IMG/VR virus record: IMGVR_UViG_3300011584_000016
Span: 1-32,869 of that record
Origin: a virus
Lineage: Duplodnaviria; Heunggongvirae; Uroviricota; Caudoviricetes
DNA length: 32,869 nt
Reading direction: 5' to 3' (one strand)
The translations under genes were made by a program, and so were the position numbers. Below the pieces are notes generated by a model. The model searched no databases and was not told the DNA's origin. It saw nothing but the letters and a program-made list of their open reading frames with translations. This document shows, in pieces, positions 6,674-16,676 of the stretch (the stretch's first letter is position 1; the number at the start of each line of letters is the position of its first letter).

Positions 6674-9181
6674 GTGGCTGGCGTCTATCAATTGACGCGC
6701 GGACGCTACGCCCCAACACCGCCGCCCCCGTTCCTGGGGAGCGGCGCAGACACTACACTGTATCCATACGCGTGGAACGCCCCGCGCGCAGCAATTAGCG
6801 TTGACCGGACGCCGAAACATGATCCGCAGGAGTTCGCCGCAGAATACGAATTCTGGCAGCGTGTAAAATCCACTTTTCAGCCATATCCGACATTCATCCG
6901 CCGCCGCATGATGGCGCGCGTTGAACGTTCTCACGAAAAGCAGGGGCGACACGTCGCGGCGCTGGCGCTGCGAGATATCGCCAGCCGCGAATTAATCCAC
7001 ATTTCCGCCGTTATGCAGCAGTATTCCATAAGCCCGCCCCGCAATGCTGGGCGGGTTTATGAAACGCCGTTTGTTGGCCTTGAGCCGCTCTATCACAATT
7101 TTGAACAACTCACCGATCTGATCCGTCGTTTCGACACACTGCCTGATTATTCGCCGGAGGATGTTGAATTACTGGCGCAGGACGTCGCAATTTACGCAAA
7201 CGCCACACTGGCAGAAATTGCCGCAGATTGTGAACACCTGGACGAAATCGAAACTGGCCGGCGGTTTTACGCTGAATTGAAAACGTTGGCTAACGTTTTT
7301 CACGTCACGGCGGCAAGGGCAAACAAAAAACGCTTGTTGCCCGACGAGCTGGCGGCAGCGATCAGCAAAATGATCGACGCGCGCTACTGGAACCGCAATT
7401 TACTGCGTTACGCCGTGCGCTGGCGGGAGCATTTGCGGATCTCCCTGGGCGACGTGCGCCGCAGCGTGTCAACCTATTGTAGTAAAGAACGCGTGAATGC
7501 GTGGCGGGAGCGTCGCGAGCGTAATCGCGACATCATGTCAAGACTGGAAATAGAAGACGTTGAATCAGGCGAGCGTTTTTCACTGCTGGAGCAGATAGAA
7601 AAAAGCGCGTCCAATCCAGCGATACGCCGCACCGAGCTTATGACGCGAATCGGCGGTTTTGAGCGAGTAGCCAATGAGCAGGGATTTGTCGGCAGCTTTT
7701 TTACTATTACCGCGCCGTCAAAATATCACGCGTTTACCGCGTTTGGTCATCGTAATCCTAAGTGGCAAGGCGCTAGCCCGCGCGAGTCTCAAAAATACCT
7801 GAATACCATTTGGCAGCGTATCCGCGCCGAGCTGGCGCGCCAGGAAATCGGCGCTTTTGGCTTACGTGTAGCCGAGGCGCATCACGACGCAACGCCGCAC
7901 TGGCACGGCCTGTTATTCACTCTGCCGGAGCATCAGGAGGCGCTACGCGACGTCATGCAGCGTTACGCAACAGCTGAGGACGCCGACGAATTAACGACGA
8001 AACACGGCATACAGCCGCGTTTCGATTTCAAACCGATTGATCCCGAGCGGGGAACCGCTACGGGCTATATCGTCAAATACGTCTCTAAAAATATCGACGG
8101 TTACGCGCTGGATAATGAGCGCGACGACGAAAGCGGACGTCCACTGAAAGACACGGCGCAACATGCGACCGCGTGGGCGTCTACGTGGGGGATCAGGCAG
8201 TTCCAGTTTTTGGGCGGTGTGCCGGTGTCGGTGTACCGCGAACTGCGGAGGCTGGGGAATCAACAGGCCGCTGATCAGATTAATCCGCTGTTTGCCGAGA
8301 TCCACGCCGCAGCGGACGCGGGGGATTGGGGCGGGTTTGTTAATCTCATGGGCGGACCGCTGGCAAAACGCGCGGATTTACCGTTGCGCACGTTTTATCA
8401 GGATAAACCGGAGCCTAACAGCTGGGGCGAATATCTGACGGTTATCCGTGGTGTATTTATGCCGCTGATTAATATCCCGCCGGTAATAACCAGGTTGCGG
8501 GATTTTCGCATTGTTAAAAAATCGCCGGAGAGCGCGGAGCGCCCCGGTGATGGCTGTTCATCTTTTGACCTTAAGGGCGCGTCTGCGCCCGCTAGGACTC
8601 GTGTCAATAACTGTACGGAGCATGAAAAAACAGCAAAAGATGAACAAAATATAAACAGTGAAGCGGATTTTTTGGGAGAGAAAAACAGCGGTGCGCCGCC
8701 ACCGGGAGATCCCGAACAGGTTCTGATCGGCAAATTGACACGGGAACAACGCAAACGCCTGCGCGCTGAGTGTCTGACGCACAAAAAACAGCGTAAACAA
8801 TCGGCTGCTGACGAGTTCGAAGCGCTGGCGAATCAATTAGCGACGGCGGACTGTTCGGGCACGGACCAGCTGCGCGCAGAAAATTATTTACGTGCGGCGG
8901 CGGTCATTCGCGAGACTGAAAAACCGGTCACGGCTGCAGCGGCAGAACTGGCCGCGCGCGTCATGGAGTGGGCGAAATTGCGCAAAATACCGCTGGGCCG
9001 CGCGCAATCGCTGGCACTGGCGCAAGGCGGACAGGCGACAGTTATTGACAACGTTTACCGGGCTAACATGAACACCGGCGAACTGATCCTGATTGACACC
9101 TTCCAGCCGTGGCGGCGTGTGCTGGCGAAAAAACAAACTGTGGAACTGATGGCGCGCTGGCGGGCTGTGGTAACCGTATGA
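6674..9181 (+). CDS. A: Rolling-circle replication initiator, P2 gpA-like HUH endonuclease
   Basis: HUH motif TPHWHGLLF, catalytic tyrosines GYIVKYVSKNIDGY, and N-terminal GRY...YAWNAPR resembling P2 gpA as I recall it; start uncertain (GTG 6674, TTG 6617/6692 or ATG 6908). Confidence 0.85.
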   Translation: MAGVYQLTRGRYAPTPPPPFLGSGADTTLYPYAWNAPRAAISVDRTPKHDPQEFAAEYEFWQRVKSTFQPYPTFIRRRMMARVERSHEKQGRHVAALALRDIASRELIHISAVMQQYSISPPRNAGRVYETPFVGLEPLYHNFEQLTDLIRRFDTLPDYSPEDVELLAQDVAIYANATLAEIAADCEHLDEIETGRRFYAELKTLANVFHVTAARANKKRLLPDELAAAISKMIDARYWNRNLLRYAVRWREHLRISLGDVRRSVSTYCSKERVNAWRERRERNRDIMSRLEIEDVESGERFSLLEQIEKSASNPAIRRTELMTRIGGFERVANEQGFVGSFFTITAPSKYHAFTAFGHRNPKWQGASPRESQKYLNTIWQRIRAELARQEIGAFGLRVAEAHHDATPHWHGLLFTLPEHQEALRDVMQRYATAEDADELTTKHGIQPRFDFKPIDPERGTATGYIVKYVSKNIDGYALDNERDDESGRPLKDTAQHATAWASTWGIRQFQFLGGVPVSVYRELRRLGNQQAADQINPLFAEIHAAADAGDWGGFVNLMGGPLAKRADLPLRTFYQDKPEPNSWGEYLTVIRGVFMPLINIPPVITRLRDFRIVKKSPESAERPGDGCSSFDLKGASAPARTRVNNCTEHEKTAKDEQNINSEADFLGEKNSGAPPPGDPEQVLIGKLTREQRKRLRAECLTHKKQRKQSAADEFEALANQLATADCSGTDQLRAENYLRAAAVIRETEKPVTAAAAELAARVMEWAKLRKIPLGRAQSLALAQGGQATVIDNVYRANMNTGELILIDTFQPWRRVLAKKQTVELMARWRAVVTV

Positions 9182-9351
9182 ATGTTAATGTTATTTTAGG
9201 AGAGAAGTTATAGGCGATTTACTCAAGCAGATTTGGTAATATCAGCGGAATTGATGCATGGTTTATTATTGTCAGCAATGGAAGGTATATTATTAATTTA
9301 GGCTTATATTTGTTCTGCAAGTATAAAATATAAAATGGCTTGAGGTAAAAT

Positions 9352-10674
9352 ATGTACGCTGAGTTAAATGAATTTATAAATGCTCTAGATAAATTAAAAG
9401 ATTATTTTGATGAGTCTGAAAAATCATATGGGCATAAAAATAAATGGCTTATAGAAGCATTTGGCATCGGTCATCCTGTAATGTTGCCAAAAGACTTTTC
9501 TGACTATATTGAAAGAATGATCGAGAAGTCAAAAAAATTAGAGATGCTTAAATTAACTGATTTCGAACTAGATGAACTCGACTATGTAAGAAAAGTCGTA
9601 ACAAAGGTACATTCTGACCTTGCTCCTAGCTTTTATAATGGAAATGGTGTACAAGCGATTCCTTCATTTTTAATGACCATGACATATATATCTTCATTTT
9701 TAGATTCTTTGATTTCCTTCGACCGACTCCAGGATACGGATGCCGTACCTCAGAAATTAGCACGTAAAATACGGAGTATGGATGCAAGAGTAAGACAAGC
9801 TACTCCAGAAATTGAAACACTGGAAGGTAAAATTAAATTGATTAACGATGCATATGCCGCAGCTGATAATCTACCGGTATATATGGAAGAGTTAAATAAA
9901 TACAAGGCAGAATTAACGGAAATAAAAGAGTACATTTTAAAGGCAAAAGAAGAAGCATCTCATTCGAATGTCTTAATGGATGTTTGTCTAAACGAAGGGG
10001 AAAAGATAAAAGAAGAGTTAAATGCAAAAAAAGAGATCGCAGAAAATTATCTTTCGAAATGTGAGGAAGCTATTCGTGCTTCGACTTCAAAAGGGTTAGC
10101 GGGAGCTTTTGAGATCAAAGCGAATAAGTTAAACTGTAGCATTCGTTTATGGGTAGCAGGATTATCTGCGGCATTAATTGCCGGTGGGTTTGTTGGTTAT
10201 GAAAGGTTAAAAGCATTATCCAATGTTTTAGCGCAACCAGATACCAGTGCAATAGTGATTGCAACGCAATTAATACTATCCATATTTAGTATCGGCGCGC
10301 CGCTTTGGTTTGCGTGGTTGTCTACAAAGCAAATTAATCAAAGATTTAAGCTAGCAGAAGATTATGCCTTTAAGTCTGCCGTTGCAAAAGCATATGAGGG
10401 TTACAGAAAAGAAGCATCGCAACTTGATGATGGAACATTCGCTACTCGGTTGTTTGATTCTGCTTTAACCCGTCTAGAGGAAGCCCCATTAAGATTTGTC
10501 CAAGGTGATGATCACTCAACACCATGGATGGAAATGTTAAACTCTAAAGCTTTTTCTAAATTTCTTGATTCTTCGATTGATAATGTAAACTATGTTAAAA
10601 ATATCCTTGATCGTAAGGCTAAACCCTCTGTAGTTGCAGATAAGCCACAGCAGATGGAAAAGGGGACTGAATAA
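9352..10674 (+). CDS. AT-rich cargo gene: 440-aa coiled-coil protein with two predicted TM helices, unknown function
   Basis: GC content visibly lower than flanking phage genes; GAGG RBS; hydrophobic segments IRLWVAGLSAALIAGGFVGY and AIVIATQLILSIFSIGAPLWFAWL; no nucleotide-binding or nuclease motif seen. Confidence 0.7.
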   Translation: MYAELNEFINALDKLKDYFDESEKSYGHKNKWLIEAFGIGHPVMLPKDFSDYIERMIEKSKKLEMLKLTDFELDELDYVRKVVTKVHSDLAPSFYNGNGVQAIPSFLMTMTYISSFLDSLISFDRLQDTDAVPQKLARKIRSMDARVRQATPEIETLEGKIKLINDAYAAADNLPVYMEELNKYKAELTEIKEYILKAKEEASHSNVLMDVCLNEGEKIKEELNAKKEIAENYLSKCEEAIRASTSKGLAGAFEIKANKLNCSIRLWVAGLSAALIAGGFVGYERLKALSNVLAQPDTSAIVIATQLILSIFSIGAPLWFAWLSTKQINQRFKLAEDYAFKSAVAKAYEGYRKEASQLDDGTFATRLFDSALTRLEEAPLRFVQGDDHSTPWMEMLNSKAFSKFLDSSIDNVNYVKNILDRKAKPSVVADKPQQMEKGTE

Positions 10675-10680
10675 GATAAT

Positions 10681-10706
10681 GGGCAGTTCAAATCTGCCCT
10701 TTTTTT
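10681..10706 (+). terminator. Rho-independent terminator after the cargo gene
   Basis: Hairpin GGGCAG-ttcaaat-CTGCCC followed by 7 T; sits between convergent genes. Confidence 0.6.
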
Positions 10707-11019
10707 AGCTTGGTAACAACAGGTATAATGTTTTTTGTTTTTGTTCTGGCGACATCATATCGATCAGCGTTTTGATAGCGCGGTCAGATGAAAGCGCGCT
10801 GGGGCTTAATGTGTGAGAAAATGTTATATTAACGACGAAAGTATGACCGCACTCAACGTTATTACAGGCGCAATAAACATCTGATAGATGGGGATGTTTC
10901 CGCACGGTCTTTTTGATCGTTGAATTGCCGTTGCATTCCGGACAGATAATTTTCGGGCTGCGCAATTTGTTTCCCCTTAATCTATTTTTGAGCGGGGTAT
11001 ATTTTAACCGTTTAGCCAT
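10705..11019 (-). CDS. Ogr/Delta-family zinc-finger protein (late transcription activator-like)
   Basis: CPEC-x20-CAC-NNVEC-GHTF resembles the Ogr zinc finger (CQNVNCSATF in P2 Ogr as I recall); start overlaps the portal stop by 1 nt. Confidence 0.55.
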   Translation of the reverse strand: MAKRLKYTPLKNRLRGNKLRSPKIICPECNGNSTIKKTVRKHPHLSDVYCACNNVECGHTFVVNITFSHTLSPSALSSDRAIKTLIDMMSPEQKQKTLYLLLPS

Positions 11020-12053
11020 TATTTTTCATCCTCTATCGCTTTCGGTTTTTTGAATAACACCTGCATTGCGCGGGTAATTTCAGAATCACTATTGATTGCA
11101 TTCTCAATTAGCGCCTGCATGGGCCAGACTTCATCTAATTGATATACGGCACGGACTTTTAACGGGTCGCCCAGTCCGCCCACGTTATCCGGAATAATGC
11201 CCGCAAGGCCAGGCGGGAAGCGATGGGCGGTTAACTGGTCCTGTGCGGATATGCGCTTGATATTCACATATTCATCTTTTGTTGCGACATCACCCACAGG
11301 GATAATTTTAACGCCGTCTGGTTTACCGTTGGGGATGTTAATAAACATACTGCGGAAATTACCCGCGCCTTTTGACTGTTCTATTTTTTCAGAAATGGCC
11401 TTTTCCATTTCTGGTGATAAATCCGGATCGGTGGCATACAGGATATAACCTAAATGCGCCCCATTACGATAATATTTGCGGCGAAACATGGTCGCGTCAC
11501 TATTTAACATCGCCGACTGGATGCCGCCTAAATAATCCGGTTTTCCGTAAATCTGCTGCAACGTATCGTACTGACGGATAAAAATAATATCTTTTGCGGC
11601 ATATTCTTTATATTCGCCGTCGCGTAACAATAATTTTGTTTTGCCGTCAGTGGAACGCCGCACATAAACAGACGGCAGCGGGTACAGGCGCACGACCTGC
11701 CCGAAGCCGTTGCGGATCTTTAACAGCGCCACGTCACCGAACGTCACGAAGTTAACGGCCAGCGCCAGGGCGGTTTCAGGCGTCAGACCGCCGCCGCGAA
11801 GAAAACCCGCCGCGACCATTTTCGCGCGCGCCCCCAGACATGCGCCGTGGTACGTTGCGATGTCGGGCAATTTTGCCAGCGCTTCCCGGTCAATGGGCGG
11901 CGTCCAGTAGCCGTCTCCTTCATCTGTTACGCCATCATATGAACCCAGGCACGGCACGCGCTCGGCGTCGCCGAATTCCACGCTAAAAGACATCTGTTTT
12001 TGAATAGCTGGCGCGAGGGCCGGGGCTGGTTGTTGTTTTTTACGTTTTGCCAT
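11019..12053 (-). CDS. Q: Portal protein (P2 gpQ-like)
   Basis: 344 aa, the length I recall for P2 Q; directly downstream of the large terminase on the same strand. Confidence 0.9.
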   Translation of the reverse strand: MAKRKKQQPAPALAPAIQKQMSFSVEFGDAERVPCLGSYDGVTDEGDGYWTPPIDREALAKLPDIATYHGACLGARAKMVAAGFLRGGGLTPETALALAVNFVTFGDVALLKIRNGFGQVVRLYPLPSVYVRRSTDGKTKLLLRDGEYKEYAAKDIIFIRQYDTLQQIYGKPDYLGGIQSAMLNSDATMFRRKYYRNGAHLGYILYATDPDLSPEMEKAISEKIEQSKGAGNFRSMFINIPNGKPDGVKIIPVGDVATKDEYVNIKRISAQDQLTAHRFPPGLAGIIPDNVGGLGDPLKVRAVYQLDEVWPMQALIENAINSDSEITRAMQVLFKKPKAIEDEK

Positions 12054-13826
12054 TTATACGGCCCATGTTGATTTACGTTTATTTTTCCAGTTCAACGGCT
12101 CATTAAAGAGCGCGTGAGCGATTGCAAAGAAAACATCGGCGTGACCGTGCTCTGCGCTGCGGTCTGCAATGAACGTCAGGTTGTCGCCGCTCTGCGTGGT
12201 CGCCTTTTTGACGCTCATAAATGACGCTGCAATGTCCTTTTCCTGGGCGTCCCATTCGATCCGCTGGTTTTCGATGACGTCTATCATTTTCAGTACAAGC
12301 TGGGTTTTTGTTTCGACGTTGTAGCGGATTGCCGCTGCCTGGCGGCGGGCGAAGTTCTGGATCAGTTCAAACACGCCGTAGCCGATGCCGGTCACGTCAA
12401 CGCCGATAAACGTCATGTTGAACTGTCGGAATAGTTTTTCTATCTGATCCGCCATGTACTGAAACGACAAACCGCGCCAGTGGTACTTTTCCAGAACGCG
12501 GAACATTTCGGCCAGCGTGGCGGGAATGGCAACAATGACAAATGTCGCGTTGTCGCCGGTTCGCGCGGGGTCGAACCCGCCCCACACTTCCCCGTTATAC
12601 GGGTGCGCGCTGCCGGGGTGGTAGTCCTTCCATTTGCTGGTTTCCACGCCGCAGCGCACCACGTCGGAAAACCTGAACACGCTGTTTTTGTCGTCCACAA
12701 ACTGGCACATAAACAACATTGCAAACGCGGTTTCGCTGTAGCGGTCGCGCAAGTCGTCGATATTGGCCAGATTGAATCCGCCCGCGATCGCATCTTCCAG
12801 GGTGATGACGTATCGCCATTGTTTATCCGGGCAAAGTCGCCCGCCGTCGCGCATTTCGTCAAATGTCGGGAAGACTGCCGCCCGGCGTTTTTTGTTGCCG
12901 CCCTTCCAGGTCTCACCGGTCCAAAACGGGTAAGCCTCATGTGTTTTCGCGGACGGTGTGGAAAAGTACGTTAAACGCCATCTGTCATGGGTTGCCATCG
13001 CTGACGCAACGTCATTAAGGCGGTTAAATTTCGGTATCCAGAAATATTCATCAATATAAACGTGACCGGAATTCGACTGCGCGGTGTTGCTGTTGGTCGC
13101 CAGAAAATGCAGTTCGGCGATGCCGTGCGCGGTGTTCAGTTTGATCGGGTTGCCTTTCAGCGTAACGCCGAATTCCTGCAACGCGATATTGACGATGTAT
13201 GACCGGAAAACCTCTGATTGTCGCTTACTGGCAGAAAGAAATATTTGCGGGTCACCGGTCAGCGTCGCGTTTTCGAACGCTTCAAACGCAAAATAGTATG
13301 TCGCGCCGATCTGACGGCTTTTAAGGATGTTGCGGATCTTCTGGCTTAAGTTCTCATGCAGCCGCTGCTGGTAGCCGAACAGGGTAGAAATGAAGTGTTC
13401 AAAGTCTGCTGCCGTCAGGTGGCTGACGTCGTTTGCCCGCCGTTTCTTCTGGCGTGGGTTGTCACTGTCATCTGCGGCGGCTGCTGCGCGCGGGGTGTTA
13501 CCGGGTCCGTGCGCGTCTATTTCCGCCATTCTTTCAGCGTGCTTATTTCTGGATGCCAGCAGTTTGACGTGATGGCCGATCAGGCGGTCCAGTTCGTCTA
13601 GTTCGCCAGGTGTTTTCTTTTCCCGGTCAGTCAGCAGGGCAATGCGACGCGCGATCGCGTCTTCAATGTTTACGACCTTCATCTGGTCGCGCCATTCCCC
13701 CACATCAGCCCAGTGATAAATGATCCGCGCAGATGGCAGATTTAACTGGGCGGCGATTTCTTTCGGGGTGAGTCCCTTTAAATAAAGGGCTTTCGCCATT
13801 CCCCTTAATTCGTCTGAATATTTCAT
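12054..13826 (-). CDS. P: Terminase large (ATPase) subunit (P2 gpP-like)
   Basis: 590 aa, matching P2 P length; divergent from the scaffold/capsid operon as in P2. Confidence 0.9.
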   Translation of the reverse strand: MKYSDELRGMAKALYLKGLTPKEIAAQLNLPSARIIYHWADVGEWRDQMKVVNIEDAIARRIALLTDREKKTPGELDELDRLIGHHVKLLASRNKHAERMAEIDAHGPGNTPRAAAAADDSDNPRQKKRRANDVSHLTAADFEHFISTLFGYQQRLHENLSQKIRNILKSRQIGATYYFAFEAFENATLTGDPQIFLSASKRQSEVFRSYIVNIALQEFGVTLKGNPIKLNTAHGIAELHFLATNSNTAQSNSGHVYIDEYFWIPKFNRLNDVASAMATHDRWRLTYFSTPSAKTHEAYPFWTGETWKGGNKKRRAAVFPTFDEMRDGGRLCPDKQWRYVITLEDAIAGGFNLANIDDLRDRYSETAFAMLFMCQFVDDKNSVFRFSDVVRCGVETSKWKDYHPGSAHPYNGEVWGGFDPARTGDNATFVIVAIPATLAEMFRVLEKYHWRGLSFQYMADQIEKLFRQFNMTFIGVDVTGIGYGVFELIQNFARRQAAAIRYNVETKTQLVLKMIDVIENQRIEWDAQEKDIAASFMSVKKATTQSGDNLTFIADRSAEHGHADVFFAIAHALFNEPLNWKNKRKSTWAV

Positions 13827-13978
13827 AAGGGGATTTTTGCATTTAAAAAACGTCGGGTATCCGGCCTATATTCGCTTTAATTCTGATAACGGCTTATATC
13901 CGAAATAGTCAGAAATTAACGGCATGAAAATAAAACGGCTGGGTGTTTTACTTTACTTTATCGAAATGAGGGTAACTT

Positions 13979-14824
13979 ATGAAACAAACACCCACCGCGT
14001 GGTTTTGTGTTGCCACTGCTGGCCCGACCGTAGACGGACGGGAAATTAAAGAACAATGGCTGGCGGAAGCTGCGGAAACTTATAACGCGGCGGAGTATAC
14101 CGCCATGATTTGGCCGTCAAGCGTTGACCGCCATCAAAAATGGTACAACCTCGGCACTGTTCATAGTGTTAAGTGCGAAACGGTTAACGGCAAGGTTAAG
14201 TTATATGCGCGTTTCCTGCCTAATAAATGGATGATGTCGTTAAACCGCGATGATCAGCAAAAGCTATTCCCATCTGTGGAAATTCTGGAAAATTTCGCCA
14301 GTACCGGAAAGCATTATCTTGCTGGGATTGCTGTAACCGATTTGCCCGCCAGTACGGGGACCGATCGTCTTGAATTTTCCGGCGCGCCGAATGTTATCAG
14401 CTTTTGCAGTGGCGAACCGATGACCGAAGTTGCGGACAAAGAATCTTTTTTAACCCGCCTGTTTTCGCGTCTGCCGCAGTCACCTGAACAGGGCGCGCGC
14501 GATCCAGACAATAACCAGGAAGATGACAAAATGAATGAACAGCAATTCACGCAATTAATGAGCGTGTTTAATACCGCTGTAGAAAAAATGGGGACCGCCG
14601 TAGATGAAATTAAATCATTCAGCGCAAAAAAAAACACGACTGTTATTGAAAATAATCAAAACAGTCTGGAAGGTGATCAGCCGCAAGTCGTGACAGTGGA
14701 GCAATTCACCACACTTAATGGCAAGGTCGATCAGTTGCTGCAAAAATTTACCGCGCTGTCTGGTGAAACGACGGAACAGCCGAACGGCGAACCCGCGCAG
14801 ACCGTGCCGGATTATCTGGTGTAA
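13979..14824 (+). CDS. O: Capsid scaffolding protein (P2 gpO-like)
   Basis: SVEILENFASTGKHYLAGIAVTDLPASTGTDRLEF resembles the P2 gpO core as I recall it; 281 aa. Confidence 0.8.
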   Translation: MKQTPTAWFCVATAGPTVDGREIKEQWLAEAAETYNAAEYTAMIWPSSVDRHQKWYNLGTVHSVKCETVNGKVKLYARFLPNKWMMSLNRDDQQKLFPSVEILENFASTGKHYLAGIAVTDLPASTGTDRLEFSGAPNVISFCSGEPMTEVADKESFLTRLFSRLPQSPEQGARDPDNNQEDDKMNEQQFTQLMSVFNTAVEKMGTAVDEIKSFSAKKNTTVIENNQNSLEGDQPQVVTVEQFTTLNGKVDQLLQKFTALSGETTEQPNGEPAQTVPDYLV

Positions 14825-14861
14825 AGCCGGGTAATAATTACTATTCATCAGGAATAAATAA

Positions 14862-15854
14862 ATGATTCTTACCCCGGAAGCGGAAAAACTTATTAACCAA
14901 TATGCGGTGACGCTTGCGAAAGCGTATAGCGTCGCCACCACAAAGCATATGTTCACTATCAGTCAGCCGCAGGAAATTAAACTGCGTAAAGCGCTGCTGG
15001 ATTCAACGGCATTTCTGAAAGAAATTTCTATGCTGTCGGTTAACCAGATTAAAGGCGCGGTTGTTGAAGCTGGCGTTTCTAAACTTTTAACTGGACGTAA
15101 AAAAGATGGGCGCTTCGGTGTCGATCTGGGCGTTGATGGCAACGAATACGAATTGCGCGAAACGGATTCCTGCGCGCGCCTGAAGTGGGCGCTTTTGGCT
15201 GTCTGGGCGAATTCCGGGACGCCTGGTGAGTTCTTTAAACTCGTCACTGAGTTTGCAAACGAATCCTTCGCGCTGGACATCCTGCGCATCGGCTTTAATG
15301 GTAAAAGTTTTGCCGAAAATACCGATCCGGTGGCGAACCCGAACGGCGAAGATGTTAACAAGGGCTGGCATCAGATTTCTAAGGAATACGACAACGGTTC
15401 TCATGTTCTCACCGCAGCCGTGTCGATCGGCGCTGGCGGGGATTATTTAACCCTGGACGCTGCGGCGCTGGATGTGATCGCGATGCTGCCCGCGCAATTC
15501 CGCGAACATCCACAATTAACGGTGCTGGCCGGTTCTGATCTGATTGCCGCTGAACAGCAGCGCATGGCAAACCAGACCGATAAGCCGACCGAAAAAGCCG
15601 CGTTTACGCCGATGCTGAAATCTATCGCCGGTCGTCGCCACGTTACACCGCCTTTCTTCCCTGGTAAGCGTATTGCAGTGACTATCCCTAAAAACCTGCA
15701 TTGCTACACGCAAACCGGCACGCAGCGCCGCGAAGCGAAGCACGTCGGGGACCGTAAGGCGTTTGAATCCTCCTGGTGGCGTATGCAGGGCTATGCGCTG
15801 GAAATTCCCGCGCTGTACGCCGCGATCGATGAAGCCGCAGTCACTATCAAGTAA
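14862..15854 (+). CDS. N: Major capsid protein (P2 gpN-like)
   Basis: LDILRIGFNGKSFAENTDPVANP and VSIGAGGDYLTLDAAALD resemble P2 gpN segments as I recall them; 330 aa. Confidence 0.85.
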   Translation: MILTPEAEKLINQYAVTLAKAYSVATTKHMFTISQPQEIKLRKALLDSTAFLKEISMLSVNQIKGAVVEAGVSKLLTGRKKDGRFGVDLGVDGNEYELRETDSCARLKWALLAVWANSGTPGEFFKLVTEFANESFALDILRIGFNGKSFAENTDPVANPNGEDVNKGWHQISKEYDNGSHVLTAAVSIGAGGDYLTLDAAALDVIAMLPAQFREHPQLTVLAGSDLIAAEQQRMANQTDKPTEKAAFTPMLKSIAGRRHVTPPFFPGKRIAVTIPKNLHCYTQTGTQRREAKHVGDRKAFESSWWRMQGYALEIPALYAAIDEAAVTIK

Positions 15855-15863
15855 GGGTTTGTT

Positions 15864-16676
15864 ATGCCGTTGACACCGTTTCAGCGCCACGTCGAAAGCA
15901 TTCGCGCGCGCCAGGTTATGACCGGTGAAGCCGCACCCCGCGCGGTTGGTCTGGATGACAGTAGTTTGTATGTGCAGCTTTTGCAGTTACGGCAGGATGT
16001 CGGGACGCTGCGCGATCTGCATAGCAACGCAGAACGCTTTCAGATGAAGCGTGACGTTATGCTGCCGCGCTGGTTGCCGTGGGCTGAAAAGTACCTGGAA
16101 GCGGGCGACATCTATCAAAATCCGGTTTTCGTCTGGTGCATTGTCTGGCTGATGGATGTTAGAAAGTTTGAACAGGCGCTGAACTGGGCTGATATTGCGA
16201 TCGAACAGGGTCAGGAGTCACCGGAAGGTTTCCGTAACAATCTGCCCGGAACGGTGGCTGATGAAGTGCTGGACTGGTCAGAAATTGAGTTTGAAGCGGG
16301 CCGCAGTATTGAGCCGTTTTTCTCTCAAACCTTTAAGAATGTGACTGAGCGCTGGAAGCTCAACGAACAGCTAACGGCGAAATATTACAAACTGGCCGGT
16401 TTCCTGATCCTGCGCGGTGCTGATGGGCGCATTAATCCCGCAAATCTTGATGATCCGGCAGCATTGCGCCAGGCCGATTTATATCTGGAAGCGGCAGGCA
16501 CGCTATACAAAAACGCGGGGGTTACTTCCCTGCGTGGGCGTATCGCGGCACGTCTGCGCAAACTTGAAACGACTCCGCAACGCGGCGCGGGCGCGGCTGA
16601 GGGGGTAGGCGAAGAAAACGCCGATCGCGCCGTGGACGCCGGTCAGCCCGCGACTTCTGAAACTGAGGGCGCTTAA
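15864..16676 (+). CDS. M: Terminase small (endonuclease) subunit (P2 gpM-like)
   Basis: Position after capsid gene; N-terminal PFQRHV...EAAP and LPRWLPW resemble P2 gpM. Confidence 0.75.
   Translation: MPLTPFQRHVESIRARQVMTGEAAPRAVGLDDSSLYVQLLQLRQDVGTLRDLHSNAERFQMKRDVMLPRWLPWAEKYLEAGDIYQNPVFVWCIVWLMDVRKFEQALNWADIAIEQGQESPEGFRNNLPGTVADEVLDWSEIEFEAGRSIEPFFSQTFKNVTERWKLNEQLTAKYYKLAGFLILRGADGRINPANLDDPAALRQADLYLEAAGTLYKNAGVTSLRGRIAARLRKLETTPQRGAGAAEGVGEENADRAVDAGQPATSETEGA

Noticed and set aside
6633-6695. Possible frameshift mutation or pseudogenisation at the 5' end of the Rep gene
   Set aside because: An in-frame GTG (6674) or TTG start gives an N-terminus resembling P2 gpA as I recall it, so a frameshift is not required; kept only as a start-site ambiguity.
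12397-12974. Several nested ORFs (62-166 aa, both strands) inside the large terminase gene
   Set aside because: All lie within the terminase reading frame region and have Arg/Pro/Ala-rich translations typical of off-frame GC-rich sequence.
13827-13978. Ogr-type late promoter element (TGT-N12-ACA dyad) in the divergent terminase/scaffold intergenic region
   Set aside because: No TGT-N12-ACA dyad at the expected spacing; only loosely similar direct repeats (GGCCTATAT / GGCTTATAT), so no site is called.
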